From an uncultured Bacilli bacterium (lineage in GTDB: Bacteria > Bacillota_I > Bacilli_A > RF39 > UBA660), in contig CAKOQQ010000002.1 of the NCBI GenBank assembly GCA_934101425.1, forward strand, positions 8,141 to 72,140: a stretch of 64,000 bases of DNA, in the 5' to 3' direction. This document shows, piece after piece, positions 38,156-48,550 of the stretch; the stretch's first letter is position 1; each line of letters starts with the position of its first letter. Below the pieces are notes generated by a model that was given only the letters and a program-made list of their open reading frames with translations, made no database searches and had not been told where the DNA came from. Position numbers and translations under genes: made by a program.

Positions 38156-40462
38156 CTATTCTGTTCTAAGTGCTACTACTGGATCTTTTTTACTTGCCAT
38201 TTTAGCTGGTATAAATCCACCTAACATAGTAAGTAAAACACTAATAGTTAATAATAATAATGCATGAGGTATGCTAAGTACAGCAACGCCTTTTAAGTCA
38301 GTTAATTTATATAATAAATTATTAATTGGGAATATAAGTATTCTAGCAATTAAAAGACCTAATAATCCACTTGATGCACCAATTATAAATGTTTCAGCAT
38401 TAAATACACGTGATACATCTTTCTTTCTAGCTCCTATTGCTCTTAATATACCAATTTCTTTTGTTCTTTCAAGAACGCTAATATAAGTAATTATAGATAT
38501 CATAATAGTTGATACAACAAGTGATATAGCTGAAAAAGCAATAAGTACACTTGTAATAGCATCCATTATACCTGATGAAAGTGATGATATAGTAGAAGCT
38601 AAATCTGTATATATTATTTTATCTTCATCAGCTTTATCTTTATTAAATTCATCTATATAATTTAATACTTTATCTTTAGAATCAAAATTAAGTGGATATA
38701 TATTTATAAGTACAGGATAAGTATCTGCACCTAAATAACCTATTATTTGATTTTTATCGTCATCAGAAGCAAACATTGCTCCTGTTAAAATATTTCTATC
38801 ACTATTTTTTTGAGCTAATACTATTTTAGAATTTTTATTTTTATCTATTACATAATTAACTAAATCTTCAGTATAACTAAGTCCTTCAGAAAGCATACCA
38901 ATACGTGAATCTTCACTAAGTCTTATAATACCTGTTATTTTTAAAGTTACAGCATTTTCACTATCATATAAAGAATTTAAATTCATAACATTAGGATAAT
39001 ACATACCATTATTATTTAAATAATAGTCGTCATTAAGTATTAACTTGTATTCCTTACCTATAAGGCTACTAAAATCAATAGATTCCATAGTACTATCTAT
39101 TCCAAGCATATCAAGTATTGTTTTACTAATTCCATTATTACCATTAACTACAAGAGCAAGTTCATTATATTTAGTTGGTAATTTTCCTTCTAAGATATCA
39201 TAATGCATTTCCATATATGTTTTACTATTATTTTTTACATCTCTTGGTATAGGTAGTGGATTAAGAGCAGATACAGTATTTGTTCTTGTTAAAGGTTTTA
39301 CTGTATTATTATTTTTAACTAAAATATTTAATGCTGTAGTTCTTGTATATGAAATACCAGCAATTAAATTTTCATCTAAATTATCAATATATTCCATAAA
39401 AGAATCAGTAAACTTATTTACATGTGTCATATTTTCTATAACACTTTCATAAGGATATAATTTCTTTTCTGTAGGAAAATCATATTTATTATTAGACATA
39501 TCTTGCATTTGATCCATAGATTCCTTATCCATAGTCATTGATGATTGTGAAATCATTATAGGAAGTGAAGATAATGTTTCAGCTTCAAACTTATCTATTT
39601 GCTTTTGAAAACCATTAGATAAAGATAATATAAGAGCTATACCAATTATCCCTATACTAGATGCAAAAGCAGTTAAAATAGTTCTACCTTTTTTAGTTTT
39701 AATATTATTGAATGATAAATTAAGGGCAGTTAAAAAACTCATTGAAGTTTTCTTTATACTAAATTTATCTTTCTTATCTTTAGCTTCATATGGATTAGAA
39801 TCACTTCTAAGTTCTCCATCTTCAAGTTCAATAATTCTACTAGCGTATGTATAAGCTAATTTATCATTATGAGTTACCATTACTACTAATTTATCTTTAG
39901 ATATTTCTCTAATTAAATCCATAATTTGTACACTAGTAACTGAATCAAGTGCTCCAGTTGGTTCATCAGCAAGTATTATTTCAGGATCATTTACTAATGC
40001 TCTTGCTATAGCAACTCTTTGCATTTGACCACCAGATAATTCATTTGGTTTTTTATGCATATGATCTTTAAGTCCAACTTTATCTAAAACTTCTATAGCT
40101 TTTCTTTTTCTTTCTTTAGCGGATACACCATTTAAAGTCATACTCATTTCTACATTTGCAAGAATTGATATATGAGATATTAAATTATAATTTTGGAAAA
40201 CAAAACCAATACATTTATTACGATAACTATCCCAATCAGTATCTTTAAAATTCTTTGTAGATTTGCCATTTATTATAACATCTCCACTATCATATTTATC
40301 CAGTCCACCTAAAATATTTAAAAGTGTAGATTTACCACTACCTGATGGTCCTAATATAGCTACAAATTCATGTTTTCTAAAACTAACACTAAATTTATTT
40401 AATGCTTTTTGAGTAAAAGTACCAGTTGTATAACTTTTACTTATATTTTTTAACTCTATCAT
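38156..40462 (-). CDS. MacB-like ABC transporter with an N-terminal ATPase fused to an FtsX-family permease and a large extracytoplasmic domain.
   Basis: The N-terminus has GPSGSGKST, LSGGQMQRVAIAR and DEPTGALD. The C-terminus has four TM helices with the FtsX signature. Confidence 0.85.
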   Translation of the reverse strand: MIELKNISKSYTTGTFTQKALNKFSVSFRKHEFVAILGPSGSGKSTLLNILGGLDKYDSGDVIINGKSTKNFKDTDWDSYRNKCIGFVFQNYNLISHISILANVEMSMTLNGVSAKERKRKAIEVLDKVGLKDHMHKKPNELSGGQMQRVAIARALVNDPEIILADEPTGALDSVTSVQIMDLIREISKDKLVVMVTHNDKLAYTYASRIIELEDGELRSDSNPYEAKDKKDKFSIKKTSMSFLTALNLSFNNIKTKKGRTILTAFASSIGIIGIALILSLSNGFQKQIDKFEAETLSSLPIMISQSSMTMDKESMDQMQDMSNNKYDFPTEKKLYPYESVIENMTHVNKFTDSFMEYIDNLDENLIAGISYTRTTALNILVKNNNTVKPLTRTNTVSALNPLPIPRDVKNNSKTYMEMHYDILEGKLPTKYNELALVVNGNNGISKTILDMLGIDSTMESIDFSSLIGKEYKLILNDDYYLNNNGMYYPNVMNLNSLYDSENAVTLKITGIIRLSEDSRIGMLSEGLSYTEDLVNYVIDKNKNSKIVLAQKNSDRNILTGAMFASDDDKNQIIGYLGADTYPVLINIYPLNFDSKDKVLNYIDEFNKDKADEDKIIYTDLASTISSLSSGIMDAITSVLIAFSAISLVVSTIMISIITYISVLERTKEIGILRAIGARKKDVSRVFNAETFIIGASSGLLGLLIARILIFPINNLLYKLTDLKGVAVLSIPHALLLLTISVLLTMLGGFIPAKMASKKDPVVALRTE

Positions 40463-40463
40463 A

Positions 40464-40883
40464 TTACTCTCCTTCTATATTATTTATAATCATATTAATA
40501 AGTTTATAAGCTTCTTCTAAATCAGAATCACTAAAACCTTTAAACATACTATTAATTGTATTCTTTTCTAACTCTTTAATTTTATAAATTTTTTCCATAC
40601 CTAAATCAGTAAGTTCTAATCTAGTTATTCTTTTGTCACTTTCATCAGCAATGATTTTAATTAACCCCTCTTTTTCCATTCTTTTAATCATTTTAGTAAT
40701 CGTTGCAGGAGTTTTTAAAGTCATTTTTGATAAATCTCTTTGACTTAATCCATTATTTTTATATATTGTATCTAAAAGTATATGTTGACCTGGATACAAA
40801 TTAATTTTAGATAAATTATTATAATTTTTTTTAAATGTAATAACCTTTATCTTATTTATAAGTTCATATATTTCATTCTTCAT
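40464..40883 (-). CDS. MarR-family transcriptional regulator.
   Basis: It has a winged helix-turn-helix (LSQRDLSKMTLKTPATITKMIKRMEKEGLI...D.R...L.LT). It is the first gene of the operon. Confidence 0.85.
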   Translation of the reverse strand: MKNEIYELINKIKVITFKKNYNNLSKINLYPGQHILLDTIYKNNGLSQRDLSKMTLKTPATITKMIKRMEKEGLIKIIADESDKRITRLELTDLGMEKIYKIKELEKNTINSMFKGFSDSDLEEAYKLINMIINNIEGE

Positions 40884-40896
40884 ATACCCTCCAATA

Positions 40897-40938
40897 GTTA
40901 GACATCTAACATTATATCACTTACACATTTTATGTCAA
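40897..40938 (-). promoter_or_regulatory. Promoter of the marR operon with a palindromic putative MarR operator.
   Basis: On the minus strand there is TTGACA, a 16-nt spacer and TATAAT, then the inverted repeat GTTAGA-tg-TCTAAC spanning the predicted +1 (plus-strand 40897-40910). Confidence 0.5.
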
Positions 40939-40961
40939 TAAAAAATAGGTATTTTTAATAC

Positions 40962-42044
40962 CTATTTAAATATACTTTTGTCTACTTCTATTACAGGGCG
41001 AATTCCTATACCTTTTTCGTTATATTTTCCAGCTGTATAATTAGTATCATCATCTTTTCTAGTATATATTTCTTCATTTGAAAATACATTACCATTATTT
41101 AAAACTATGTATCCCACAGCTGATAAAGTTTTTTTATATGCATCATCTTCATATTCACCAAAATGACTATAATATATTGTATCTGTCCAATATGCAAAAT
41201 CAGTATCATTTGAAAATAACCATGTATTTTTATCGATTTTAATATAAAAATCCTTATTCATAGGATCAAAAGTTTTAGTATCAATTTGTAAAATATTTAA
41301 TATTTCATCGACACTAATCAATCTAGCTGATACTTTAGTTTTATTATTGTTACTATTTTGAACCCATGAAGATGTTAATTTATTTAAAGTTCCAAGGACA
41401 ATAGAATCACCATCGTTTGCTATATTACCATCTTTATCAAGTAAATTAATATTTGCAGATATATTATGATCTAGTAATAATTTTACTTTACTATTTTCTT
41501 CACTATCTAAGAAGGCATACCATTTCATACATCCTTCTTTTGCTAGTTTTGTATTTTTAACTTCACTTTGTTCACATTTAGTACCTGTAGTTGGATTAAA
41601 ATATACTTCTTCCCCATTTTTATATTCTTTATTTGGCACTTTAGTTTCGCATTGTAGTTTACTTAATTTATTAGTAATATTCATCTTTAAATCACTAGTA
41701 GATGATACACAATATCCATTTATATACATTCTATATTTATAATCATCTTCACTATAAAAAACAATATAACCACTTACATCCTTGAAATTTGTTTCTTCAC
41801 TTGTTAAGTCTATTATTTCTTTTTTATTTTCTAAATAGTACTTTTTAGCTTCTTCTAGAATATTAGTCACTTTATTTTCAACGTCTATTTTGTCCTTATC
41901 ACAGCTTAATACTTCTTTTTCTTTTAACTTAATTACCCCTGTAAGTAATAATATAATTATTGTAATAAGTGTAATAGCAACAAATAGTAATATTCCTATA
42001 ATAATATTCTTTTTATTTTTCATATGCCACCTACTTTGTTTCAA
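40962..42044 (-). CDS. Hypothetical N-terminally anchored extracytoplasmic protein (paralog 1).
   Basis: There is one N-terminal TM helix. Motifs shared with paralog 2 are KMYINGYC, YFNPTTG..C, GCMEWYAFLD and a C-terminal IRPVIE. Confidence 0.6.
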   Translation of the reverse strand: MKQSRWHMKNKKNIIIGILLFVAITLITIIILLLTGVIKLKEKEVLSCDKDKIDVENKVTNILEEAKKYYLENKKEIIDLTSEETNFKDVSGYIVFYSEDDYKYRMYINGYCVSSTSDLKMNITNKLSKLQCETKVPNKEYKNGEEVYFNPTTGTKCEQSEVKNTKLAKEGCMKWYAFLDSEENSKVKLLLDHNISANINLLDKDGNIANDGDSIVLGTLNKLTSSWVQNSNNNKTKVSARLISVDEILNILQIDTKTFDPMNKDFYIKIDKNTWLFSNDTDFAYWTDTIYYSHFGEYEDDAYKKTLSAVGYIVLNNGNVFSNEEIYTRKDDDTNYTAGKYNEKGIGIRPVIEVDKSIFK

Positions 42045-43173
42045 ATACTCTCTTTGAGATTTCTATTACAGGTCTGATACTTTTCCATCTTTCAGTTCCT
42101 TCTTTTATACCTAGATTAACTGAACCATTTTCACTAACAACCCATACTTTATCAACTAATTTATCTCGTTCTTCTTCATAACAATCATTACCACATTTAG
42201 CTTTTACAACTGTTGAAGTAACATAACCTGAAACATCGATAGGCATAGATTTTTCACAACCACCAAACCCACACATATATAAATTATTGACTAGCCAAGC
42301 ATATTTGCCGCCTATAATTGAGCGTTGATTAAATATTTGTTCTGTAGTTTCATAACTATAACAATAATATCCTATTTTAGTACCAGTTAAGAAATAATAT
42401 GATGAATTTTCATCATTAATATCAAACTTGCCACTTTTTGTTGGCGCTATTTTTGTTATTTCTTCCATACTAATTATTCTTGGTTTAATACTAGTAGAAT
42501 TACCATCTACAGTTTGTTTCCAATTTTTAGTTTTATTAGAAAAATCATCATCAGTATATGCAATTCCATGATTTAATTGTAATTTTACATTTTCACTTTT
42601 TTCATCATCCAAGAAAGCATACCATTCCATGCATCCAGAACTTGTTACAGTAGTTTTATAATTACTTGTTACATAATCTTTTGATTCACTTTTGTTACAC
42701 ATAAGTCCTGTTGTAGGATTAAAGTATAATGGTGTTCCATTTTTATATGTTTTATATAATTTTTCTATATTACATTTTTCTTCTTCTGTTTTTAGAGACT
42801 CTTTAATTCCTTCTACAGAATTAAAAGTTATACAATACCCATTTATATACATTTTTGATTCAAAATTATCTTCACTAGAAAATTTAACATATCCTTTAGT
42901 TAAAGTGTTATCTTTTAAATCAATTAAATTTTTAGTTAAATCTATAATATTATCATTTTCATTCTTAGAATAATATAGTTTAGCTTCATCTAGTATAGCT
43001 AAAACATTTTCTTCTACTAATTCTTTTTCTTCATCTTTTTTACAAATTACAACTTCTTTTTCTTTTAATTTAATTAATCCAGTAAACATTAAAATTATAA
43101 TTGTTATTAAAACAACTATTACTACAGCAATTATCCCTATAATAATATTCTTTTTATCTTTCACTACCATCAC
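42031..43173 (-). CDS. Hypothetical N-terminally anchored extracytoplasmic protein (paralog 2).
   Basis: It shares the paralog 1 architecture and conserved Cys positions, and overlaps paralog 1 by 14 nt. Confidence 0.6.
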   Translation of the reverse strand: MMVVKDKKNIIIGIIAVVIVVLITIIILMFTGLIKLKEKEVVICKKDEEKELVEENVLAILDEAKLYYSKNENDNIIDLTKNLIDLKDNTLTKGYVKFSSEDNFESKMYINGYCITFNSVEGIKESLKTEEEKCNIEKLYKTYKNGTPLYFNPTTGLMCNKSESKDYVTSNYKTTVTSSGCMEWYAFLDDEKSENVKLQLNHGIAYTDDDFSNKTKNWKQTVDGNSTSIKPRIISMEEITKIAPTKSGKFDINDENSSYYFLTGTKIGYYCYSYETTEQIFNQRSIIGGKYAWLVNNLYMCGFGGCEKSMPIDVSGYVTSTVVKAKCGNDCYEEERDKLVDKVWVVSENGSVNLGIKEGTERWKSIRPVIEISKRVFETK

Positions 43174-43210
43174 CTATTTTAATTATATCAAATATAATAA
43201 TATTGTAAAC

Positions 43211-43231
43211 AAAAAAAAGAGCTGATGCTCT
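43211..43231 (-). terminator. Intrinsic terminator of pnp.
   Basis: The hairpin agagc-auca-gcucu is followed by a U8 run on the minus strand. Confidence 0.7.
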
Positions 43232-45414
43232 TATTTTGTTTCTTCTACTGTTTCTGTTTTTTCTTCTTTTACTTCTTCTTTTTTAGGAGCTATTGCTTCT
43301 TTTCTAGATAAGTTAAGTCTACCTTTTTTATCATATCCAAGTGATTTAACTATAATTTCGTCTCCTACTTTTACCATATCACTAGGTTTTTCTACTCTCT
43401 TAGTATCTAATTGTGAAACATGTACAAGACCTTCACAACCAGGCCATAATTCAACAAAGCATCCGAAGTCTTCTACTTTAACAACTTTTCCTGTATATAT
43501 TTTATCTTGTTCTACTTCTTTTACAATGTTTTTAATCATATTGGCTGTCTTTTCAATAACTTCTTTATCAGTATGGTAGATAATTACTTTTCCATCATCT
43601 TCTAAATCAACTTTAACAGCATTTATATCACTTACAGATTCTACATTACTTGCTTCTAAGATAATCTTAGTAATAGTTTCTCCACCTTTACCAATAACTT
43701 CTTTAATCTTATTTGGATCAATCATAAATACCATTGTTTTAGGTGCATATTTACTAACTTCTTCTCTTGGTTTATCTATTTGTTTAGCCATTACATCTAA
43801 TATTTCGAATCTAGCTTTTTTAGCTTGTGCTAAAGCTTTTTCAATTATTTCTCTTGTTATACCTTTAATTTTAATATCCATTTGTAATGCACAAATACCA
43901 TCTTTAGTACCGGCTACTTTAAAGTCCATATCCCCTAAATGATCTTCCATACCTTGAATATCAGTTAATATAGTATAATCATCTTCATTAGTAATAAGTC
44001 CCATAGCGATTCCTGCAACAGGTGCTTTAATAGGTACACCAGCTGCCATAAGAGCCATACAACCAGCACAAATAGACGCTTGACTTGATGAACCATTTGA
44101 TTCAAGTATTTCAGTAACTACCCTAATAGTATAAGGGAACACATCTTCAGATGGAATAACTTGTGCTAAAGCTCTCTCACCTAATGCACCATGACCAATT
44201 TCTCTTCTACCTGGATTACCATATCTTCCTGTTTCTCCTACTGAGAATTGAGGGAAGTTATAATGTAACATAAATCTCTTAGAATCTTCAATTCCAAGGC
44301 CATCTAATATTTGATGTTCTCCTAAAGCCCCTAATGTAACAGTTCCTAGAGCTTGTGTTTCTCCACGAGTAAATAATGCAGAGCCATGTGTTCTAGGTAA
44401 TAAATCGATATCTGTTGAAAGAGGTCTTATTTCAGTTGTTTCTCTCCCATCAGCTCTAGTTTTTTCTACTACAACTATTTTTCTAAATATTTCATATTCT
44501 ATTTCTTCTAATATTAATTTTACTTTAGTTAATAAAGTTTTTAATTCATCATCTTTTAATGATTCATTTTCACTTCTATATTTTTCAACTATAGTTTCTT
44601 TTAATTCATCAATTTTAGCGTATTTTTCTAATTTATCTTTGATTCTTAATGCTTTATCCATATCTTCTTTAGCTAAAGAATAAATTTCATCTCTGAATTC
44701 AGGTTCTATTTCTAGTTTTTCATATTCCATTTTTTCTTTGCCAATTTCACTAATTATTTTTTCTTCAAAACTAATTAATTCTTTAATAGCGTCATGACCA
44801 AACATTAAAGCTTCTAACATATCTTCTTCTGATACTTCTTTTGCTCCAGCTTCTACCATATTAATAGCTTCTTTAGTTCCAGCAACTACTAAACGAATAT
44901 CTGATTTTTCTTCTTCTTCTACAGTCGGATTTATAATAAACTCACCATTTACTCTACCTACTATAACTCCAGCAATTGGACCATTAAATGGAATTTTACT
45001 TATTGATACTGCAAGTGAAGAGCCAAGCATCGCAGCCATTTCTGGTGAATTATCTTGATCTACTGATAAAACAGTATTGATAACTTGTACTTCATTTCTA
45101 AAATCTTCAGGGAACAAAGGACGCATTGGTCTATCTATCATTCTAGCTGCTAATGTAGCATTTTCTGTTGGTCTACCTTCTCTTTTAATAAAGCCACCAG
45201 GAATTTTACCTACTGAATATAATTTTTCTCTATAGTCAACAGTAAGTGGAAAAAAATCTGATAAAATATTTGCATTTTTTGATACAACTGCTGCAGTTAA
45301 AATTACAGTGTCTCCATATCTAACTAAAACAGCACCGTGAGCTTGTTTAGCTAATTCACCTATTTCAACTTTTATATCTCTTCCTCTAAAATTTAATTCA
45401 TATACTTTTTTCAT
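43231..45414 (-). CDS. pnp: Polyribonucleotide nucleotidyltransferase (PNPase).
   Basis: It has two RNase PH domains plus KH and S1 domains. The start is refined to MKKVYELNF using the GGAGG RBS. Confidence 0.95.
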   Translation of the reverse strand: MKKVYELNFRGRDIKVEIGELAKQAHGAVLVRYGDTVILTAAVVSKNANILSDFFPLTVDYREKLYSVGKIPGGFIKREGRPTENATLAARMIDRPMRPLFPEDFRNEVQVINTVLSVDQDNSPEMAAMLGSSLAVSISKIPFNGPIAGVIVGRVNGEFIINPTVEEEEKSDIRLVVAGTKEAINMVEAGAKEVSEEDMLEALMFGHDAIKELISFEEKIISEIGKEKMEYEKLEIEPEFRDEIYSLAKEDMDKALRIKDKLEKYAKIDELKETIVEKYRSENESLKDDELKTLLTKVKLILEEIEYEIFRKIVVVEKTRADGRETTEIRPLSTDIDLLPRTHGSALFTRGETQALGTVTLGALGEHQILDGLGIEDSKRFMLHYNFPQFSVGETGRYGNPGRREIGHGALGERALAQVIPSEDVFPYTIRVVTEILESNGSSSQASICAGCMALMAAGVPIKAPVAGIAMGLITNEDDYTILTDIQGMEDHLGDMDFKVAGTKDGICALQMDIKIKGITREIIEKALAQAKKARFEILDVMAKQIDKPREEVSKYAPKTMVFMIDPNKIKEVIGKGGETITKIILEASNVESVSDINAVKVDLEDDGKVIIYHTDKEVIEKTANMIKNIVKEVEQDKIYTGKVVKVEDFGCFVELWPGCEGLVHVSQLDTKRVEKPSDMVKVGDEIIVKSLGYDKKGRLNLSRKEAIAPKKEEVKEEKTETVEETK

Positions 45415-45470
45415 TTCTACCTCCAAAAATAAAGACACTCAAAAAGGAGTGCCTACTTTTATAAATTTTA

Positions 45471-45740
45471 TTATTTTCTTAAACCTAAACTCTTAACGAT
45501 TTCTCTATATCTAGTAACATCTTTTCTAAGTAAGTAGTTTAATAAACTTCTTCTTTGACCTACTTTTTTAAGTAAACCTCTTCTAGAATGATAATCGTGA
45601 GCATGAACTTTTAAATGTTCTGTTAAAGTATTAATTTCTTCTGTTAAAATAGCAATTTGAACTTCTGCAGAACCAGTGTCATTAGCGTTCTTAGCATATT
45701 TTTTAACAATGTTTTCTTTAACTTCTTTTGTTAATGCCAT
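45471..45740 (-). CDS. rpsO: 30S ribosomal protein S15.
   Basis: The product is [15 protein letters not shown]...[29 protein letters not shown]. The start is refined using the AAAGGAG RBS. Confidence 0.95.
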   Translation of the reverse strand: MALTKEVKENIVKKYAKNANDTGSAEVQIAILTEEINTLTEHLKVHAHDYHSRRGLLKKVGQRRSLLNYLLRKDVTRYREIVKSLGLRK

Positions 45741-45876
45741 AACATTTTCTCCTTTCATATAATTCGCTTAGTCTTAGTTAAAATCGGAGAATTTCTAACC
45801 AAGATTAAGTAACTGTTATAAGTATATACTATTTATAACTTTTTTTCAACTCTTTTTTATATTTTTGTACTTTTTA

Positions 45877-47154
45877 TTAACACTTTCCAGCTATTGTTAT
45901 ATCTTTAAATAATATAGATGGACTACCACATAATGGATTATAGAACTCTAAATTAGAAGCTACTTCTACTACATTATTTAATAGTTCTAATAAATCAGTA
46001 CTTAATATAATCATTTTTAATGCTTTAGTTTTTATACCATCTTCTACTAAATATCCAGTTGCTTGTAGTGATATATTGCCACTAATAGTATCAACTCCAG
46101 CATGAAGTCCTTCTAAATCTTTTATATATATTCCATTATTTAACATTAGTAAAAGATTTTCTTCACTTATATTACCAGGTTTAATGTACATATTTCTAAC
46201 GCCAAAACTATTACCGGTTGATTTTTTATTATCCTTTTTGGCACTTTTAATGTTATATAAAGGAGTAATAAATTTACCATTAACTACTATATATTTATAA
46301 TATGTTGTAACTCCTTCATTATCAAATAGCCTTTTACCTACTAAATGTTCATTTGTAGGATCTTCTACTATATTTATTTTTTCATTGAATACTTGAGTAT
46401 TTACTTTTCCTGTTAATAATGATAAATTCTTATCAATTAATTCTTTACTAAACATATTTGAAAATGTCCTTAATATTTTACCCATTGATTCAGGATTTAT
46501 TATTATATTATATTTAGAAGTTTTTACTGATTCTGCTTTAAAGTTGTCATAAGCTTCTTTTATATATTTTTCTACTACTTTATGTAAATCTATTTCATCT
46601 AATTTAGTCTTTGAAATACTTACGAATGAAGTTTCATTTTCACCATTTATATTTAAAACAAATTCACCATAATAACTAAATATTTCATTAGCATCTTCTT
46701 TATTTACTCCATTAGTATTACTAAATTTAATATTTGTTTTTGTATGGTCAAAGCATACGTTTATAGATACTAATTCCTTATATTTTTCTTTTAAGGCATT
46801 AAGTTTTAACATATCTTCTAATATTTCTTTGTAAGATACTTTTGTATGTTTTAATTCAAATTTATTATTATTTGAATTATCATTTATAAAGTCATATTTG
46901 ATATCTGTATCAATTACTTTAGCATTTTTCTTTAATATGTCTAATACATTATCTAAATTTTCTGTATTATATCTTACAACTTTACCATCTATTATTGCTT
47001 TAACATCATAATTTGTAACATCTGATGATTCATATTTTTCTATAGAGTCATTAAGTATTGATATATTTGTATTTATTTCTTCTTTTTCTGTTATTTCTAA
47101 CTCAATATTATTTTCACGTGCTAAATCAAATAATTTATTCATTTGTACCTCCAA
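45877..47154 (-). CDS. TldE/PmbA-like peptidase U62 family protein (no HExxxH motif).
   Basis: It has family-level similarity and forms an overlapping pair with the TldD-like gene. Confidence 0.75.
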   Translation of the reverse strand: MEVQMNKLFDLARENNIELEITEKEEINTNISILNDSIEKYESSDVTNYDVKAIIDGKVVRYNTENLDNVLDILKKNAKVIDTDIKYDFINDNSNNNKFELKHTKVSYKEILEDMLKLNALKEKYKELVSINVCFDHTKTNIKFSNTNGVNKEDANEIFSYYGEFVLNINGENETSFVSISKTKLDEIDLHKVVEKYIKEAYDNFKAESVKTSKYNIIINPESMGKILRTFSNMFSKELIDKNLSLLTGKVNTQVFNEKINIVEDPTNEHLVGKRLFDNEGVTTYYKYIVVNGKFITPLYNIKSAKKDNKKSTGNSFGVRNMYIKPGNISEENLLLMLNNGIYIKDLEGLHAGVDTISGNISLQATGYLVEDGIKTKALKMIILSTDLLELLNNVVEVASNLEFYNPLCGSPSILFKDITIAGKC

Positions 47155-48490
47155 CTAGTATTTTTGATACTTTTATAGTAGGTTCACCAGTTATTACTGG
47201 GATAGATCCAGATTCAGATCCACACCAACCAGTTCCATATTCTAAATTATCACTAACCATTTCAACATTTTTTAATATGTCCAAAGTGTTACCAATTAAA
47301 CTTGCTCCTTTAACTGGTTTTGTTATTTTTCCATCTTCTATCAAAAATGCTTCTTCTACAGAAAAGTTAAAGTCTCCTGTTATAGGATTTACACTACCTC
47401 CACCCATTTGTTTAGCGTATAATCCATATTTAATGCTTTTTATCATATCTTCTATCTTATCAGTGCCTTCTAAAAGATATGTATTATTCATTCTAGATGT
47501 AGGTGCGTATTTATAATTTTGTCTTCTTCCAGAGCCTGTATAAGCCATTTTCATTTTTTTAGAGTTTACATAATCTATTAAATAATTTCTTAAATAGCCA
47601 TTTTCAATAAGTAAATTTTTATTAGGATAATTTCCTTCATCATCTACGTTAACACTTCCCCATAGAGACTTTATAGTTCCATCATCTATAATTGTTACTT
47701 TATCACTAGCTATTTTTTCATTTAATTTATTTGATAATACCGATATATTTCTTGCTACAGTTGTTGCTTCCATCGCATGTCCACATGCTTCATGAAATAT
47801 AACAGCACCAAAGCCAGGGCCTATTATTACAGGCATATCTCCTCCAGGGCTTGGAAGAGCATCTAATTTAATTACTGCGCTTTCTGTAAGTTCATTTACT
47901 TCTTTTTCTATATCTAAATCATCAAATAGTTCATATCCACCAGATATACCAAATGTTTGATAACTTTTAGCTACCTTATCTTTTTCTTTAGCAACTATAG
48001 TTATAATAAGTCTTGTAAGTGGTCTTATATCTTCTACATAAGTTCCTAAGCTATTTGCTATTTTTACACTCTGTCTTGATTCATAAATTTTAGCTTCTAC
48101 TTGACTTACTTTTGCATTTTTTCTAGCGATTTCATCTACTTTTAATAAGATATTTTTCTTATCAGTATCGCTATACTCTTTTTTTACACTAACAATTTTT
48201 AATAACTTTTTTTGGGTTAATTTAATTTTTTTAGGATTACATTTTTGAAAATTTACTGATAAATTATCAATTATTTCTTTATATGAATTTATATTATTTG
48301 TATATCCATAGTAGACTTGACTATTTTTTACTAATCTTATACCTATTCCGTTTACTCTATTAGTATTAATATCATCTAGTTTACTATCATTCATTATGTA
48401 TGTGTTTATAATGTTGTCTTCATAAAATACTTCACTATAATCTAAATCAAGATTACTTGCATAATTTAGTATTTCTTCTAATTTATTCAT
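47135..48490 (-). CDS. TldD-like metalloprotease (peptidase U62).
   Basis: It carries the HEACGHAME zinc-binding motif and a GxC...GGG C-terminal domain. Confidence 0.8.
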   Translation of the reverse strand: MNKLEEILNYASNLDLDYSEVFYEDNIINTYIMNDSKLDDINTNRVNGIGIRLVKNSQVYYGYTNNINSYKEIIDNLSVNFQKCNPKKIKLTQKKLLKIVSVKKEYSDTDKKNILLKVDEIARKNAKVSQVEAKIYESRQSVKIANSLGTYVEDIRPLTRLIITIVAKEKDKVAKSYQTFGISGGYELFDDLDIEKEVNELTESAVIKLDALPSPGGDMPVIIGPGFGAVIFHEACGHAMEATTVARNISVLSNKLNEKIASDKVTIIDDGTIKSLWGSVNVDDEGNYPNKNLLIENGYLRNYLIDYVNSKKMKMAYTGSGRRQNYKYAPTSRMNNTYLLEGTDKIEDMIKSIKYGLYAKQMGGGSVNPITGDFNFSVEEAFLIEDGKITKPVKGASLIGNTLDILKNVEMVSDNLEYGTGWCGSESGSIPVITGEPTIKVSKILVGGTNE

Positions 48491-48550
48491 AATACCTCCT
48501 ATTTTATTTAATAAACTAAAATTAAAATTTTATCAAAATCTTTTATATTT

